Assembly: GCA_009777935.1 (NCBI GenBank) | Contig: WRKU01000005.1 | Coordinates: forward strand, 4,102 to 68,101 | DNA length: 64,000 bases | Source: Coriobacteriia bacterium | GTDB lineage: Bacteria > Actinomycetota > Coriobacteriia > WRKU01 | Direction of reading: 5' to 3' | Part shown: one piece after another, positions 46,332 to 57,306 of the stretch | How the letters are laid out: each line of letters starts with the position of its first letter | Position numbering within the stretch: the stretch's first letter is position 1 | Notes under the pieces: model-generated | Told to the model about the DNA's origin: nothing | The model's input: only the letters and a program-made list of their open reading frames with translations | The model's database searches: none | Translations under genes and position numbers: made by a program

Positions 46332-47615
46332 CTATCCTGCCATCAGCCGACCAACATCAACGTACATAAGGTAGATCATCAGCGAAAAGAGCAGCGCAAA
46401 ACCAACGACTGAAAACCCAAGGTTCACGTTCAAGGGAAGCGGCTTGCGACGAATTTTCTCGACAAGCTCAAGGACAATCTTGCCACCATCAAGCGGTGGG
46501 ATTGGCACGAGATTGATAAGTCCGAGTGAGAGCGAAATTGCGGCAATGAGCCACGCGTATTCAATCGCGCCGGTGCTTGCAGTCTGAGCAGCAATGACCG
46601 AAATTCCGATGACGCTCGACGAGTTAGCGACGGACTCGGTAAACCGCGTCGGAATAAAGAAGCCCGCAATACCTTCGACCGTCATTCCGACGTAATGAAA
46701 CGACTCTCTGATAGCGTCAAGAGGCGTGAGCGGTCTTTGCTCGAATTGAGGCACGATACCAAGCATCGTCGCGCCGGTCTCAGGGTTGGTACCAAGCGTA
46801 ACTTCAACCTCACTTGTCGTACGATAGATTACTCCCGGCGACGTATCGCGCTCCTCTTCATGCACATACTCGACTAAGACAACATCACCCGGCGCGTGTA
46901 GCGGTATCTGGGCAGCGAGTTCATTAAAATCTTCGACAGCGATTCCCGCAAACACCGTGATGCGCACATCGTGAGGAAGCCCCGCCTCAGCGGCCGGCCC
47001 TCCTTCCAGCGGGCTGACCATGCCGGTATCGGCATAGAGTCCAACGGTGGTAAGCACAACGAAGAAAACGAGTAATGCGGCCGCAACATTCAATACCACG
47101 CCCGCACTAAGGATGACGAGTCGTTTATAAGTTGGTAACGTGATATACGAATCACGTTGTGCCTCCTCGAGAAGCTTGGCGGGCTTAGCGGCACGCGCAG
47201 AAGGAAAGACTGCGTGTATCGTCCCGTCATCGTCTTCGGTGACGGCCTGGAAGTCTTTCAGTGCCATGAGACAGACGGCAACGGTGCGCTCATCGATATC
47301 AAAGTGCTTCTCAAGCTCTTCATAGGTCGCTGTTTGATGCTTAGTGATATGAGCCAGCATCGGTGCGAGTAGCGGGTTATGAACATCGCCCTCCATACCG
47401 ACAATCTTGACGTAGCCACCAAGCGGTATCGCGGTTACCCCGTACCTGATGCCCTTACGAGTGAACGAAAGCTTTGGCCCCGGCAACCCAATCATGAACT
47501 CGCGCACCCGCACCCCAAGGGCACGCGCCGCGAAAAAGTGACCTCCTTCATGTAACACAATAAGAAGAGAGAGAGTAATAATCCCCCAGATTATCGCCGA
47601 AATGCCCAGACTCAT
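46332..47615 (-). CDS. RIP site-2 metalloprotease (M50, RseP/Rip1-like)
   Basis: HEGGHFFAA zinc motif, PDZ-like middle region, the NL.PIPPLDGG motif, and multiple TM segments. Confidence 0.9.
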   Translation of the reverse strand: MSLGISAIIWGIITLSLLIVLHEGGHFFAARALGVRVREFMIGLPGPKLSFTRKGIRYGVTAIPLGGYVKIVGMEGDVHNPLLAPMLAHITKHQTATYEELEKHFDIDERTVAVCLMALKDFQAVTEDDDGTIHAVFPSARAAKPAKLLEEAQRDSYITLPTYKRLVILSAGVVLNVAAALLVFFVVLTTVGLYADTGMVSPLEGGPAAEAGLPHDVRITVFAGIAVEDFNELAAQIPLHAPGDVVLVEYVHEEERDTSPGVIYRTTSEVEVTLGTNPETGATMLGIVPQFEQRPLTPLDAIRESFHYVGMTVEGIAGFFIPTRFTESVANSSSVIGISVIAAQTASTGAIEYAWLIAAISLSLGLINLVPIPPLDGGKIVLELVEKIRRKPLPLNVNLGFSVVGFALLFSLMIYLMYVDVGRLMAG

Positions 47616-48772
47616 TGCTTCTCCATTCTGCGGTACGCAGCTTCGCGCGTAATGGCACGCGCCTGTATGTCGATCTCTTCTATGTGTTCGATCGATTCAA
47701 TCGCCACATGTGGTGTCATGTTGAGCACATCTTCAACGAGCTCTGCAATATCAAGCAGGCCGATATAGTTTTCCAAGAACAGATCAACGGCGACCTCGTT
47801 GGCCGCGTTGAGCGCAACCGGTGCGCTGCCCCCAACTCTACCTGCTTCGTAGGCAAGCTTGAGTGCACGGAATACCTTGGTATCGACCGGTTCGAAGGTC
47901 AGATCGCTCAGGTGAGTCAGGTCGAGGGGCTTGAGCGGTGCGCTCCAGCGACTCGGATAGCTCAGCGCGTACTGGATAGGGATACGCATGTCGGTCGGGC
48001 CGAGGTGCGCAAGTACTGTGCTATCGACAAACTCGGCCATCGAATGGACAACACTCTGTGGATGTACAACAACCTCGATATCATCGTAATTAATCTCGAA
48101 CAGATGGTGTGCCTCGATGACCTCAAGTCCCTTGTTCATCATCGTGGCCGAGTCTATCGAAATCTTGCGTCCCATCGACCATGTGGGATGTGCAAGTGCC
48201 TGTTCAGGCGTGACCGTACGAAGCTCGTCACGGGTATAACCACGAAACGGCCCGCCGCTTGCCGTCAGCCAAAGACGCGAAATCTCCTGCGAACTCTCGC
48301 CTCGCAGACACTGAAAGATAGCGCTGTGTTCACTGTCGACGGGCAGTAGCTGCCCCGGTTTTGCCTGTGCCATGACGAGTTCGCCACCTGCGACGAGGCT
48401 CTCCTTATTGGCAAGCGCTAACGTAATGCCGGCCTCCAGCGTTGTCATCGTCGCACGCAGACCGGCTGCACCGACGAGCGCGTTGATAACGATGTCGGGC
48501 GCGGTCGCCTCAATGAGCTCGATCAAAGCGTCGGTGTCGGTGAGTATCTTCACGCTGTCATCTAGTGCTTGTCGTGCCTCAGCAACGGCCTCAGCGGTGC
48601 CAAGTGCAACATGCTTGACGCCAGCGAAGCGATGAGTCTGCTCGACGAGTAACTCTACGCTCGTGTGAGCAGCCAGCCCTACAACTTCAAGCTGTTCGCG
48701 TTCTTTTGCGCAAACCTCAAGTGCTTGGCGGCCAATTGAGCCGGTCGAGCCAAGGATAACGACACGCCTCAC
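47612..48772 (-). CDS. dxr: 1-deoxy-D-xylulose 5-phosphate reductoisomerase
   Basis: ILGSTGSIG, LANKESLV and PVDSEHSAIFQC motifs. Confidence 0.96.
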   Translation of the reverse strand: MRRVVILGSTGSIGRQALEVCAKEREQLEVVGLAAHTSVELLVEQTHRFAGVKHVALGTAEAVAEARQALDDSVKILTDTDALIELIEATAPDIVINALVGAAGLRATMTTLEAGITLALANKESLVAGGELVMAQAKPGQLLPVDSEHSAIFQCLRGESSQEISRLWLTASGGPFRGYTRDELRTVTPEQALAHPTWSMGRKISIDSATMMNKGLEVIEAHHLFEINYDDIEVVVHPQSVVHSMAEFVDSTVLAHLGPTDMRIPIQYALSYPSRWSAPLKPLDLTHLSDLTFEPVDTKVFRALKLAYEAGRVGGSAPVALNAANEVAVDLFLENYIGLLDIAELVEDVLNMTPHVAIESIEHIEEIDIQARAITREAAYRRMEKQ

Positions 48773-49641
48773 AGCTGAATCACCCCCAGAAACGTTCCGA
48801 GGACCGAGAGTAGTATGAAGAGCACAAGCGAGACAGCGAGCATCGAGTCGATGCGGTCGAGAATACCACCGTGCCCGGGTAGCATAGTACCGGAGTCTTT
48901 GACACCTGCTTCGCGCTTGATGCGTGATTCATACAGGTCACCGACGAGTGCCGCGACCGAAACAAGCACACCGATAACGATTGAGCCGAGCACCGTTGGC
49001 CCAACCTCAAAGACAAGTGGTAGTATCGCCCACACCGCAATCGCCCCAAGTGTGCCAGCGGCAAAGCCTTCCCATGTTTTCTTCGGCGAAATCGTTGGCG
49101 CAATCCTATAGCGTCCAAATAGCGAGCCGCCGAGATATGCGAAAATATCGGCCGCCCACACGCTCACCACAATCATGAGAGAGAGTACGATGCCGTGCTC
49201 CATCTCACGAATTAACACGAGTGAAGCAAGAGGAATGCCCAGATAAAGTGCACCAAACAATGCAAGTGCACTGTCTTTGACCGAGCTCGTCGGCGTAAAG
49301 GCCGACCACACCATAATGACGAACGTACCGACAACGATGGCATAAAAGAGCGCGATGAGTCCGGCGAGTCCACCCGTCCCGATGACGGGGATCTGCTTGT
49401 GATGAATCTGGGCTGCGGCAGCAATGAGCGGTAACGACATGCCCATCACCGTACCGATGACCTGTAGAATCTTGTTCATGTGAGGCGAGGTGATTCGGTA
49501 ATACTCACGACAGCCAAGCATACAAAGTACGCAGCAGAAAAGCGGCAAGATGAAGAACATGTTACCGGCAACGATACTGCCAAAGACCACCGCTCCGTAG
49601 ACGAGAGAGGTCAGGGCGCGTGTGACGAACGTGTTCATCAC
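48769..49641 (-). CDS. cdsA: Phosphatidate cytidylyltransferase
   Basis: CTP-transferase signature S..KR..GVKDSG...PGHGGILDR.DS. Polytopic. Confidence 0.92.
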   Translation of the reverse strand: MMNTFVTRALTSLVYGAVVFGSIVAGNMFFILPLFCCVLCMLGCREYYRITSPHMNKILQVIGTVMGMSLPLIAAAAQIHHKQIPVIGTGGLAGLIALFYAIVVGTFVIMVWSAFTPTSSVKDSALALFGALYLGIPLASLVLIREMEHGIVLSLMIVVSVWAADIFAYLGGSLFGRYRIAPTISPKKTWEGFAAGTLGAIAVWAILPLVFEVGPTVLGSIVIGVLVSVAALVGDLYESRIKREAGVKDSGTMLPGHGGILDRIDSMLAVSLVLFILLSVLGTFLGVIQL

Positions 49642-50357
49642 ACACCGCCGTATCGGCGTGCACGCGCTTGATACTCGGCCACACAGGCAAAAAACTCATC
49701 ATGGTCGAAGTCGGGCCATAGGGTATCGGTCACCACAATTTCTGTGTAGGCAATCTCATAGAGCAGGAAATTCGAAACGCGCAGCTCTCCACTCGTGCGA
49801 ATCAGCAGATCAGGATCGGGAATACCGGCCGTGCTCAGATGCGCGGCAAATATTTCAGGAGAGACGTCGGCAGGTTGCAGGGCGCCGTCCTGTACCTCGT
49901 GTGCGATAGCTTGCACCGCATGAACGATATCGGCGCGTGCGCCATAGTTAACGGCAACGATAAGCGTCAGGCCTGTGTTGCAGCTCGTTTCGGAGACGCA
50001 GTTTTCAAATGCCGCGCGTGTCTTTTCGGGTAACGGTGCGAGATCACCGATAATACGTACGCGGACATTTTGTTCTTGTAGGTTTTGCAGTTCACGAGAC
50101 AGCACCTCAACAAAAAGTGCCATGATACCGCTGACTTCATCCTCCGGACGAGTCCAATTTTCGGTCGAAAACGAATAAATCGTTAGGTACTTGATATCTA
50201 AATCGATGGCAGACGCGATTGTTTCGCGCACCATAGCGGCGCCGGCCTTGTGGCCAAACAGACGTGGTTTGCCTCGGGCCTTTGCCCAACGCCCGTTGCC
50301 GTCCATGATAATCGCCACATGGCGCGGAATCTGTTCGGCATCGAGGTCATGCAGCAT
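49638..50357 (-). CDS. uppS: Isoprenyl transferase (undecaprenyl-diphosphate synthase family)
   Basis: HVAIIMDGNGRWA, FS.ENW.RP and RTSGE.R.SNFLL motifs. Confidence 0.95.
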   Translation of the reverse strand: MLHDLDAEQIPRHVAIIMDGNGRWAKARGKPRLFGHKAGAAMVRETIASAIDLDIKYLTIYSFSTENWTRPEDEVSGIMALFVEVLSRELQNLQEQNVRVRIIGDLAPLPEKTRAAFENCVSETSCNTGLTLIVAVNYGARADIVHAVQAIAHEVQDGALQPADVSPEIFAAHLSTAGIPDPDLLIRTSGELRVSNFLLYEIAYTEIVVTDTLWPDFDHDEFFACVAEYQARARRYGGV

Positions 50358-50363
50358 CTCGCA

Positions 50364-50921
50364 CTACACTTCCATAATTTCTACTTCTTTAGCCGCCAGC
50401 GAAGCATCGATTGCACCGATAGCGTCGTCGGTCATCGTCTGCACCTCTTTCTCGGCACGCGCGATGTCGTCTTCACCGACCCCACCTTCTTTTTTAAGCG
50501 CCTCAAGCTTATGATTGGCATCACGGCGCACGTTACGTACAGCAATACGCGCTTCCTCGGCAAAGTGATGGCACTGCTTTGAAAGCTCGACGCGACGTTC
50601 CTCGGTAGGTGTGGGGAAACTCACGCGCAGTACGATACCGTCGTTATTAGGCATAATGCCGAGCTCAGATGACTGGATCGCCTTGTCGATGACATCGAGC
50701 ATCGATTTATCCCATGGCTCGATAACGAGCGTGTGTGCATCGAGAGATTTGATGCCGGCAAGCTGATTGATAGGCATAGGACTGCCGTATGCATCAACGG
50801 TGACACGATCAAAAACCGCACCGGTCGCACGCCCTGTGCGCACCGTGGCAAATTCGTGCATCAAAACCTCGTGCGTCTTGTGCATGTGATCCTTAGTGAC
50901 CTTGAGAATATCGTTAATCAT
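50364..50921 (-). CDS. frr: Ribosome recycling factor
   Basis: 185 aa. R.GRA....DR..V..YG and NDG...R...P.LTEERR motifs. Confidence 0.95.
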   Translation of the reverse strand: MINDILKVTKDHMHKTHEVLMHEFATVRTGRATGAVFDRVTVDAYGSPMPINQLAGIKSLDAHTLVIEPWDKSMLDVIDKAIQSSELGIMPNNDGIVLRVSFPTPTEERRVELSKQCHHFAEEARIAVRNVRRDANHKLEALKKEGGVGEDDIARAEKEVQTMTDDAIGAIDASLAAKEVEIMEV

Positions 50922-51634
50922 TCCTCGCTCCCCTCTACAATAGTGCCGACGCGATCGCCGTTCAAGGCGCGCGCAATATTTCCTTCTGTGTGCATATTGA
51001 ATACGAGAATCGGGAGATCGTTTTCCATACAGAGAGTGACTGCCGTCGCATCCATAACCTTGATGCCTTCTTGAAGTACCTCAAGATAGGTCAACGCATC
51101 AAACTTAACGGCATCATCGTAACGCTTAGGATCCTTGTCGTAGACACCATCGACGTTCGTTGCCTTCATGACGCAGTCGGCACCAATCTCGCAGGCACGC
51201 AGCGCGGCCGTCGTGTCGGTTGTGAAGTACGGATTTCCGGTACCGCCGGCAAAGATAACGGTGCGCTTATTTGCAAGATGGTGCATGGCTCGACGCCGGA
51301 TATATGGTTCGCAGACCTGACGCATCGATATCGCGCTCATTACGCGCGTTTCGATGCCGGCTCGTTCGAGACCGTCTTGGAGGGCAAGTGCATTCATCAC
51401 CGTAGCGAGCATGCCCATATAGTCGCCCGTAGAGCGATCCATACCGTTGGCGCTTGCGGCTAAACCGCGAAAGATGTTACCACCACCCACAACGATGGCG
51501 AGCTCGAATCCACCATCGACGGCCTGTCTAATCTGAACAGCAAGCGAATCAATGACCCGTGGGTCGACACCGTAGCCACGATCCCCCATCAGGGCTTCGC
51601 CGGAAAGCTTAAGCAATACTCTCTTGTATGGCAT
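50918..51634 (-). CDS. pyrH: UMP kinase
   Basis: [13 protein letters not shown] and [13 protein letters not shown] 51634 follows a GGGAGG RBS. Confidence 0.95.
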   Translation of the reverse strand: MPYKRVLLKLSGEALMGDRGYGVDPRVIDSLAVQIRQAVDGGFELAIVVGGGNIFRGLAASANGMDRSTGDYMGMLATVMNALALQDGLERAGIETRVMSAISMRQVCEPYIRRRAMHHLANKRTVIFAGGTGNPYFTTDTTAALRACEIGADCVMKATNVDGVYDKDPKRYDDAVKFDALTYLEVLQEGIKVMDATAVTLCMENDLPILVFNMHTEGNIARALNGDRVGTIVEGSEE

Positions 51635-51662
51635 TACGTCCTCCCTTGACGAACTACTCGCT

Positions 51663-52541
51663 TTACTCACCCAGGTCAAAACGTTCGAAGCGATCGATCG
51701 TGATTTCGTCGCCCACCTCTTTCGATACCTGTGCAGTCAAATCGGCGATAGAGATGTCCATGTCCTTGACGAACGCTTGCTCGACAAGTGCCTGCTCCTT
51801 AAAGAACTTTTGCAGGCGGCCTTCGGCCATCTTCTCCTGAATCTGTTCGGGTTTACCACTTTCGGCTGCTTGTGTCTTGTAGATAGCACGTTCACGCTCG
51901 ACGACTGCGGGGTCAAAATCATCTCGACTAACGGCGATCGGACCGGCGGCCGCGACCTGCATCGCCACATCGCGTGCATATGCCTTAAAGGTGTCGTTGT
52001 CAGTAGTCGCCTCATTGGTGAATGAGAAGACCACTACGATACCGATCTTGGCCCCACTATGAACGTAGGTTGCGAGTGCGCCGGTTGTCTTAAGCGCAAT
52101 GCGCTCAAAACGCGCGATTGCCATATTCTCACCGAGACGCCCAACGATCTCACCGAGCTGGTCGTTAACGGTCAAGTTGCTGTCTTTGTATGGTAACGCC
52201 ATCAAGGCATCGTTGTCGGCAGGGTCATTCTCGGTGATAATCTGTGCAAGGTCGCCCACAAACTCGGTGAAGACCGCGTTCGTTGCCACAAAATCGGTCT
52301 CACAGTTGACCTCGATAAGCGCGCCGGTCTTGGAATCAGGTGTCACATATGTGGCGATTGCGCCCTCATTCGTTGCACGACCCGCCTTCTTTGCAAGCGA
52401 CGCCAATCCGCGCGTACGCAAAATATCGACGGCTTCCTCGACTTTACCTTCGGCCTCACCAAGCGCCTTCTTGCACTCCATCATTCCTGCGCCGGTGATG
52501 TCGCGCAGCTCTTTTACCATAGCGGCGGTGATGTTTGACAT
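51663..52541 (-). CDS. tsf: Translation elongation factor Ts
   Basis: [22 protein letters not shown]-terminus. Confidence 0.96.
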   Translation of the reverse strand: MSNITAAMVKELRDITGAGMMECKKALGEAEGKVEEAVDILRTRGLASLAKKAGRATNEGAIATYVTPDSKTGALIEVNCETDFVATNAVFTEFVGDLAQIITENDPADNDALMALPYKDSNLTVNDQLGEIVGRLGENMAIARFERIALKTTGALATYVHSGAKIGIVVVFSFTNEATTDNDTFKAYARDVAMQVAAAGPIAVSRDDFDPAVVERERAIYKTQAAESGKPEQIQEKMAEGRLQKFFKEQALVEQAFVKDMDISIADLTAQVSKEVGDEITIDRFERFDLGE

Positions 52542-52568
52542 AGTGGTTTCCTTTCTCTTGTGAGCGGT

Positions 52569-53384
52569 CTATTCGGTGACCGGGGTCTCTTCGATAAGCG
52601 CCTCTTTGGCCACAACTTCTTCGGCCGTTGGCGCTTCGCTATCCGTAACGGTTGGCGCAGGCGCTTCCTGCTCTGCAGGCTGCTGTCCCTTGTTGAGCGT
52701 AATTCCCCCGTTGCCTTCAAGTACACCCGATGCGATGACATCGGCTACGAGCGCGATTGCACGAATCGCATCATCGTTGGTCGGAATCGGGTACTCGACC
52801 TCATCGGGATCGGCGTTCGTATCGAGCATCCCGATAATCGGGATGTTAAGGCGACGTGCCTCATTGACGGCATTAATCTCGCGTTTGGTATCGACGACAA
52901 ACAGCGCCGCCGGCTTACTGTTCATGTCACGGATGCCGTCGAGGTTCATCTGCAGCTTGGCAAGTTCCTTACCCTTAAGGATCTGTTCCTTTTTAGGAAA
53001 GGTCGCCATCGTACCGTCCTCGATCATCTGCTCAAGTCTTTGCATATGGGTAACGCGTGCGCGAATGGTATCCCAGTTGGTGAGCATACCGCCAAGCCAC
53101 CGATTCGTCACGTACGGCATGCCGGCACGCGTCGCAGCACGTTCGAGTGGCTCCTGAGCCTGTTTCTTTGTGCCAACAAAGAGTATCTCACCGCCGCGCT
53201 GGCCAACGGTACAGGCAAAATTATATGCCTTTTCCAGTTCGGCAAGGGTTTGTTTGAGATCGATAATATGGATGCCGCCGCGCTGAGCAAAGATATACGG
53301 CTCCATCTTCGGGTTCCATCGACGGGTCTGATGCCCAAAGTGAACACCTGCTTCGAGCAGGTTTTGCATGGTAACAGTTGCCAT
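52569..53384 (-). CDS. rpsB: 30S ribosomal protein S2
   Basis: LLEAGVHFGHQTRRWNPKM. ATG 53384 follows AAGGAAGG. Confidence 0.96.
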   Translation of the reverse strand: MATVTMQNLLEAGVHFGHQTRRWNPKMEPYIFAQRGGIHIIDLKQTLAELEKAYNFACTVGQRGGEILFVGTKKQAQEPLERAATRAGMPYVTNRWLGGMLTNWDTIRARVTHMQRLEQMIEDGTMATFPKKEQILKGKELAKLQMNLDGIRDMNSKPAALFVVDTKREINAVNEARRLNIPIIGMLDTNADPDEVEYPIPTNDDAIRAIALVADVIASGVLEGNGGITLNKGQQPAEQEAPAPTVTDSEAPTAEEVVAKEALIEETPVTE

Positions 53385-53525
53385 TATGGCCTTCCTTTCG
53401 GTTCCGCTTCTGGGTACTTCATCCCTTCGCACCACCCGCTGTCTCGCAGGCACCAAGGCGCTCCGGTCCACACCCATGTAGATTAATGTGACCCAGCCAT
53501 GATAGCACAGATTATATCTGAGTGC

Positions 53526-54401
53526 TCAGGCTCGAGGATGAGTTCTCTTGTGAACTTCTTTCAGATGAGCAGCGCTAATGTGAGTATATATCTGCGTTGT
53601 TGAAAGGTTTGCGTGACCGAGCAACTCCTGCACGCTACGCAGATCTGCCCCACCGGAAAGTAGGTCGGTCGCAAATGAGTGGCGAAACGTATGAGGGCTG
53701 ACAGGTGTCGTAATCCCGGCAGCACGCGCATGCGTCTTTACGATACGTCGAATCGCATCTTCACTTAAGCGATTGCCACGCGTCGAGAGGAAGACTGCCT
53801 GCGATGCCTTGCCTTGCAGCACCTCACGTGCCTGCTTAAGGTAGACATCTACCGCTGCGGCCGCAGCAGGATAGAGCGGAACGAGTCGTTGCTTATTGCC
53901 CTTCCCCTCCAACAGCACCAGGTTATTTTGTAGATCGATGCGGTCAACGTTGAGTCCTGATAGCTCGGCAACGCGTGCGCCGGTCGCGTACATGAGCTCA
54001 AGCAATGCGGCATCGCGCATTCCTTTTGGCGTGCTGTCATCAGGGCTTTCCAACAGCGTAGTGATGTCATCTTGCGTTAACGTTTTCGGCAACGTCCTCC
54101 CTTGCTTAGGCGCCTGTAACAACAGCGCGGGGTTGTCCTCAATCGTTCCCTTTTCGACGAGGTAATCGTAGTAGGTGCGCAACGTCGTCATCGCACGTGC
54201 GATGGTGGCGCGCGCATAGCCGGCTGCAGTCAGCTCGCCCAAGTAGAGTCGTAACTGTCGATGAGTCGCTTCATGCGAACTAATCTCATTGCGCTCACAC
54301 CAACGGGAAAATGCCGTCAGATCGTTGTGATACGCACGACACGAATGTGCTGATAGTCCTCGCACCAGTTCGAGATGACGAATGAATTCATCTACGTGCA
54401 C
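53526..54401 (-). CDS. xerC: Tyrosine recombinase XerC/XerD family (chromosome dimer resolution)
   Basis: Catalytic R..., H.LRHSFAT.LL..GADLR.VQELLGH..L.TTQIYTH. Conserved dprA-xerC-rpsB synteny of Actinobacteria. Confidence 0.88.
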   Translation of the reverse strand: MHVDEFIRHLELVRGLSAHSCRAYHNDLTAFSRWCERNEISSHEATHRQLRLYLGELTAAGYARATIARAMTTLRTYYDYLVEKGTIEDNPALLLQAPKQGRTLPKTLTQDDITTLLESPDDSTPKGMRDAALLELMYATGARVAELSGLNVDRIDLQNNLVLLEGKGNKQRLVPLYPAAAAAVDVYLKQAREVLQGKASQAVFLSTRGNRLSEDAIRRIVKTHARAAGITTPVSPHTFRHSFATDLLSGGADLRSVQELLGHANLSTTQIYTHISAAHLKEVHKRTHPRA

Positions 54402-55270
54402 GCCACAAACCGTCCGTCATCGAGACGCTGAACAAGACCCTTGACTTCAAGAATGTTGATAGCAACCATGCTCTCGATGAGCGGCACATCAAGACATTGT
54501 CCAACGGCCTCAATCGAAAGCGAACCGCTACGCAATGCGTGCATGATTTTGCGTGAATTGCTATCCAATGCCTGTAACTCCCAATCCTCTATTGCGAGAG
54601 GCTCACCTGTATCCTCGTAGTCAATGCTAAGGGCAAGTGCACTCATGAAGTCATCTTTTGAAGCAATGGGAACCGCACCGTTACTCAAAAGGTGGTTCGG
54701 TCCTGTTGACTCCGGCGAAAAGATTGAGCCGGGAACTGCGGCAATATCGACGTTGAGTTGATCGGCCCAGTTTACCGCCGAAAACGTACCGCTTGGCATG
54801 CGTCCTTCAACGACGACGAGCAGATACGACATCGCCACGATGAGCCGATTACGTTCGACAAAAGACTGTTTGCGTGGTTTGGCACCCCATTCCATAAGCG
54901 ACGCAACACAACCCTGTTCGACGATACGATCGATGAGATCACGCGCACTTGCCGGATAGTAACGGTCAGCCCCACAGCCCAACACGGCGACGGTGTCTCC
55001 ACCGGCCTCAAGTGCGCCGCGATGCGCCGCTTGGTCACAGCCCATCGCCGCACCTGAATAGACGGGAATATCGAACTCGGCACACCATGAGGCGACGATA
55101 CGCGCAGCCTCCTTCCCATACGGCGTTGCCTTACGTGCGCCGATAATGCCAACGCCGCGCCGAAACGTCCGTATGTCACCACGCAGGTAGATACGCTCGG
55201 GGCACCAGGCAAAATGACGCAGATGTGGAGGAAAATCACGGTGTTCTTGCGTAAGCTCAAAACTATTCAT
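54392..55270 (-). CDS. dprA: DNA-processing protein DprA (Smf)
   Basis: Rossmann-like core G.RKATPYG......L......SG.A.G.D..AH.GAL. C-terminal wH domain. Confidence 0.88.
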   Translation of the reverse strand: MNSFELTQEHRDFPPHLRHFAWCPERIYLRGDIRTFRRGVGIIGARKATPYGKEAARIVASWCAEFDIPVYSGAAMGCDQAAHRGALEAGGDTVAVLGCGADRYYPASARDLIDRIVEQGCVASLMEWGAKPRKQSFVERNRLIVAMSYLLVVVEGRMPSGTFSAVNWADQLNVDIAAVPGSIFSPESTGPNHLLSNGAVPIASKDDFMSALALSIDYEDTGEPLAIEDWELQALDSNSRKIMHALRSGSLSIEAVGQCLDVPLIESMVAINILEVKGLVQRLDDGRFVACT

Positions 55271-56753
55271 AATCAGATGCTCCTCGGTAATTTAAGGCTT
55301 CGGCCACATGTTCGACCGTAACCTCATCGGCGTGTTCGATATCGGCAATCGTGCGCGCCAAGGCAACGGTTTTGGCGAGTGAACGTCCTGAAAGTTTGAG
55401 CGATTCGCCAGCATCCTCAAGAAAACGCGCTGCTGCACCGGAAAACTGAGAGCACGCGATACGTTCAGTCAACGCTCCCGTGACCGGGCCTTCCGCCATG
55501 CGCGCTTCACGAAACCGCATCGACTCGGCAACGGTAGCGCGTACCTCTTCCGTCGTATGGGTGCCACGATGACGTGTTAGCCGTTCGGTCGAAGGACGCG
55601 TCACCGGAATCGTTATGTCGATGCGGTCAAGCAGTGGCCCGCCGATTCGGTTGCGATAGCGTGAAATGGTCTGCATTGTGCAGCTGCATTCTTTGTGTGT
55701 GGAGCCATAAAAGCCGCACGGACATGGATTGGCGGCTGCGACGAGTTGGAAGTGTGCCGGCATCGTTGCCGTCTCTTTTGAGCGCACGATCGTTACTCTG
55801 TGGTCTTCAAGTGGTTGACGAAGCATCTGTAGAACCGAGGGGGCAAACTCAGGTAGTTCATCGAGAAAAAGTACTCCGTTGTGCGCAAGTGAAACTTCGC
55901 CGGGGCGCACGGGGGTGCCACCCCCGATGATACCGGCCGCCGTGGCGCTGTGATGCGGACTGCGGAACGGCCGGGCCGCTGTCGGCTCGTAGTGCGGATC
56001 GAGAATACTATGAATCTGTGCGACCGTGACAATCTCATCGATATCCATCGCACCCAAAATACCGGGAAGTCTTCGCGCAAGCATCGTCTTACCTGTACCG
56101 GGCTCCCCTATCATAAGGATATTATGGCGCCCCACAGCCGCGATGGTGAGCGCACGAACTGCCGCCTCCTGATCGACAATTTCGAGCAAATCTGCGTGGG
56201 CGTCGCGTGCGTCACCTGCATCGAGAACACCATCGCCATTTTGGGGTATCAACCCTGTTTCAGCGAGTTCGCGCACCTGCATCAATGATGTCAACTCCGC
56301 ATAGGGAGTCATCACAAACTGGCCGAGTCTGCCCAGCGGCGCACCGGCCATGTTGAGCTTCATCTCGCGTGCACGATTGGCAATCGCAATCATGCCTGAG
56401 ACGGCACGGATTTTCCCGTCGAGCGAGAGCTCACCGACGACGAGGTAGTCGTCGAAGAGTGCCTGTGGAATGGTGCCATTTGCCACCATGATTCCCAGTG
56501 CAATGGGCAGATCGAGCCCGGTACCACTCTTGCGCACATGTGCCGGTGCAAGATTAACGGTCACACGCTCGGCAGGAAGGCTCATACCGGTCGACTTGAA
56601 CGCGGCACGTACACGTTCGCGCGACTCAGCGATTGCTGCATCGGGCATACCGACAATCTGAAACGACGGGAGTCCCGGCGAAATCTGTACCTGAACCTCA
56701 ATGGGAATAGCATCGACGCCGCTAATCGTCGCTGATCTCGTCAGTGAAAGCAT
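55263..56753 (-). CDS. YifB/ComM family Mg-chelatase-like AAA+ ATPase
   Basis: Lon-like N-domain, Walker A GEPGTGKTMLA, Walker B LFLDELPEF, and the Cys cluster CPCG. Confidence 0.92.
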   Translation of the reverse strand: MLSLTRSATISGVDAIPIEVQVQISPGLPSFQIVGMPDAAIAESRERVRAAFKSTGMSLPAERVTVNLAPAHVRKSGTGLDLPIALGIMVANGTIPQALFDDYLVVGELSLDGKIRAVSGMIAIANRAREMKLNMAGAPLGRLGQFVMTPYAELTSLMQVRELAETGLIPQNGDGVLDAGDARDAHADLLEIVDQEAAVRALTIAAVGRHNILMIGEPGTGKTMLARRLPGILGAMDIDEIVTVAQIHSILDPHYEPTAARPFRSPHHSATAAGIIGGGTPVRPGEVSLAHNGVLFLDELPEFAPSVLQMLRQPLEDHRVTIVRSKETATMPAHFQLVAAANPCPCGFYGSTHKECSCTMQTISRYRNRIGGPLLDRIDITIPVTRPSTERLTRHRGTHTTEEVRATVAESMRFREARMAEGPVTGALTERIACSQFSGAAARFLEDAGESLKLSGRSLAKTVALARTIADIEHADEVTVEHVAEALNYRGASDYE

Positions 56754-57122
56754 CTAGCCTTCTCCAAAGGCATCGGGGATAAAACGGAGCGTGGCATGTG
56801 CTCTGTCTCGAGAGTTTTGCGCATAGATTGCAACGACATCAAACCGCACACGCTGATACGAGACTCTCGTTTTTTTGCAAAAGGTCTGTGCACAACGGAT
56901 ATAGCGTTCTTGCTTCTTGCGTGTGACCTGTTCTTCAGGTAAACCGGCACGTGTTGAGCGGCGTGTCTTGACCTCAACAAACACAAGGGTATCGTCTTCC
57001 TTGGCGATGAGATCGACCTCACCGAAGGTACAGGTCCAGTTCGCCGCGACGATGTCGGCGTTGCGTGATTCGTAAAATGCACGCGCCGCAATCTCACCAC
57101 GTTTTCCTATCGACAAGCTCAT
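56754..57122 (-). CDS. yraN: YraN family (UPF0102) endonuclease-like protein
   Basis: About 120 aa. GE..A..F......I...NW.C..GE.DLIA........FVEVK.R. Confidence 0.85.
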   Translation of the reverse strand: MSLSIGKRGEIAARAFYESRNADIVAANWTCTFGEVDLIAKEDDTLVFVEVKTRRSTRAGLPEEQVTRKKQERYIRCAQTFCKKTRVSYQRVRFDVVAIYAQNSRDRAHATLRFIPDAFGEG

Positions 57123-57239
57123 ACAGCCACCTCCTACTCACTATCGTGACAGAAGGTTCTTACCAATCTATTACCCCACGAGGCACCCTATGATTACCTC
57201 ATGGGGTACCGATTTTTTAATTTTTCATGTCTTTAGCGC

Positions 57240-57270
57240 AAAAAAAAGGCGTCTGTTTCCCCAGACGCCT
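57240..57270 (-). terminator. Rho-independent terminator after rplS
   Basis: The minus strand reads AGGCGTCTGG-GGAAA-CAGACGCCT followed by T8 (an A8 run at 57240-57247 on the plus strand). Confidence 0.85.
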
Positions 57271-57306
57271 GTGAGCAAAAGAATAACTTCTTAAAACTGT
57301 GGATTA

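Noticed and set aside
52560-53486. 308-aa ORF antisense to rpsB, with similar ones opposite truB-ribF/nrnA (37988-38923), gcvPA (18855-19424) and dxr (47615-48349)
   Set aside because: All are mirror-frame ORFs of strongly supported genes and none has its own motif or RBS.
53526-56753. Tyrosine recombinase + DprA + ComM as a possible mobile element or competence island
   Set aside because: The yraN-comM-dprA-xerC-rpsB order is a conserved housekeeping synteny in Actinobacteria. There are no flanking repeats, phage genes or compositional change, so the recombinase is best read as chromosomal XerC/D.
57174-57218. Plus-strand hairpin CCCCACGAG...CTCATGGGG followed by a T-run 6 nt downstream
   Set aside because: No plus-strand gene ends here. 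The stem has a mismatch and the T-run is detached. It lies in the promoter or leader region of the minus-strand yraN operon, and it may be incidental or a weak bidirectional element next to the clear rplS terminator.
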